Positions 18,726-20,000 of a DNA stretch of 20,000 nucleotides are shown piece after piece. The position numbers and the translations under genes were made by a program. The notes under the pieces are model-generated. The model was given only the letters and a program-made list of their open reading frames with translations, did not search any database and was not told where the DNA came from. The DNA lies in the IMG/VR virus record IMGVR_UViG_3300025407_001324. The stretch is one strand, 5' to 3'. The DNA comes from an uncultured virus (IMG/VR IMGVR_UViG_3300025407_001324). Lineage: Duplodnaviria > Heunggongvirae > Uroviricota > Caudoviricetes. The stretch's first letter is position 1, and the number at the start of each line of letters is the position of its first letter.

Positions 18726-20000
18726 TTACCAATCTATCTTTAGTTGACGTACCCAGTTTTGAGCAGTGGATCCTCCAGTGTATGCCGCTACACCAAAGTA
18801 ATTTCCAGATGGAGTCCAACTACCAATGTTGACTGATCCTTGATATATTTCATTGATATATACTTCTAACATACGGTTGCCGTTCTGTATCTTGCGTATT
18901 TTCAGTGTTAGATTATAGAAACTGGTGTAACTGGCGTTCCATAATGTAACTCCAGATGTTACATAGTTACCGTTACCAATATAGGGAATATTAATTTGTG
19001 TACCGCCAACATAAACTTCAAACTGACTTGAACTACTATAATAATGGTTCATAACCGCAATGCCACCATAAGTGGTGGTATTACCGGGATTACCTGTGAT
19101 GGCAGCATTAGATCCAAAGTAGATCCATTGTCCATCTGCACCGGTTCCTCCACTAGCACCAATACTAGCAGTTATAACCATATCATAGTTATAATTGATT
19201 GTACTACTGTTCCAGTTAATGTAGCCAGACTGTGAAGTACTTGTTGTGGTTAGTTTTAATCCATATGCTTGTGTGCTATCCCAGGTAGCATTACCACCAA
19301 TGGTACCACTTGGAGTAAATGAGCTCAATGCCGATGTAGAATTAGCTTGCCAAGTGTCCCATAAGAAACGTGTCTTGGGTCCGCTTGATCCAGCAGCAAT
19401 AACATTACCAACAACAATATTACCGGTCATTGTAATTGTAGAATTAGCAGTAGGCAACAAAATGTCCCCGCCTGAAGGAATAGTCAAATTACCTGTGTTA
19501 TCAAAAACATATGAATAATTACCAGCGACTAATGTTACATTGGGTTGTGTTCCATAGATATTACCAGTCTGGTTATAATTTAAGCCGGTTAAATTTGCAC
19601 CGTTACCTATAAAATTATTAGCAGTCACATTTCCAGTGGTAGTTATAGCAACATTGCTGTTTGATCCTAGATAGGAAAATACATTAGCATTGCTGTAATT
19701 TGTTCCGCCTGCAACAATTCCTGTTAATATACTGACACCGTTAGCATAGGTAAATGTATTACTTACTATATTGTTAGCAGTTATATTACCAGTACTAGTA
19801 ACTGTAGACACATTGGTAAGTGTGTATCCTGCGCCGTTAATATTGGCAGTTAATGTGCCTGAAAACGTGCCAGTTGGTCCTTGTGGTCCGGCAGTCCCTG
19901 TTGGTCCTTGTGGTCCTTGTGGTCCGGCAGTCCCTGTTGGTCCTTGTGGTCCTTGTGGTCCGGCAGTCCCTGTTGGTCCTTGTGGTCCGGCAGTCCCTGT
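18726..20000 (-). CDS. Collagen fibre with C-terminal L-type (legume-like) lectin domain, 5' end beyond the window
   Basis: The frame is open from 20000 (…GTAGPQGPT…[26 protein letters not shown]…), so the track's GTG at 19811 is internal. The C-terminus has GNA…LKLTT…QSG..W…GGTGADG..IYF…FGVAAYTGG…WVR, matching L-type lectin signatures. Confidence 0.88.
   Translation of the reverse strand, partial: TGTAGPQGPTGTAGPQGPQGPTGTAGPQGPQGPTGTAGPQGPTGTFSGTLTANINGAGYTLTNVSTVTSTGNITANNIVSNTFTYANGVSILTGIVAGGTNYSNANVFSYLGSNSNVAITTTGNVTANNFIGNGANLTGLNYNQTGNIYGTQPNVTLVAGNYSYVFDNTGNLTIPSGGDILLPTANSTITMTGNIVVGNVIAAGSSGPKTRFLWDTWQANSTSALSSFTPSGTIGGNATWDSTQAYGLKLTTTSTSQSGYINWNSSTINYNYDMVITASIGASGGTGADGQWIYFGSNAAITGNPGNTTTYGGIAVMNHYYSSSSQFEVYVGGTQINIPYIGNGNYVTSGVTLWNASYTSFYNLTLKIRKIQNGNRMLEVYINEIYQGSVNIGSWTPSGNYFGVAAYTGGSTAQNWVRQLKIDW
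19870..20000 (-). repeat. Perfect 36/27-bp tandem collagen repeat ([12 protein letters not shown])
   Basis: gcagtccctgt occurs at 19891, 19927, 19963 and 19990. Confidence 0.95.

Noticed and set aside
19809..19811. ORF-track GTG start of the lectin gene
   Set aside because: The frame is open upstream through collagen repeats to the window edge.
16361..20000. Invertible tail-fibre cassette (shufflon/Gin type)
   Set aside because: All genes are co-oriented and have their own starts. I saw no inverted recombination sites or recombinase.
1..20000. Eukaryotic giant virus origin or an alternative genetic code
   Set aside because: SD sites, overlapping stop/start codons and an intrinsic terminator favour a prokaryotic virus. 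All genes read fully in the standard code with TAA/TAG stops.

Overview
A tightly packed, AT-rich, minus-strand cluster of eight tail-fibre/virion-appendage genes, most likely from a large (possibly jumbo) T4-superfamily-related bacteriophage (inference from TAAATA late-promoter-like motifs, Shine-Dalgarno sites, an intrinsic terminator and fibre motifs). In order of transcription: collagen + L-type-lectin-like fibre (5' end off window), LamG/ConA-like protein, short collagen fibre, coupled beta-rich partner, 2892-aa repeat fibre, putative fibre chaperone, 1255-aa collagen fibre, and a >1050-aa double-collagen fibre that the ORF track missed (3' end off window). I see no CRISPR, DGR, invertase, RNA gene or mobile element. 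The most notable signals are: (1) the fibres are built from shared parts, including a ~110-aa 'DPLLYL...EPGGGL' module present in three different genes, recurring junction motifs, and DNA-level sharing within and between genes; (2) recent in-frame repeat expansions; (3) late-promoter-like motifs placed so that one transcript may be leaderless and another may bypass a terminator. All family assignments are motif recognition by eye, not database results.
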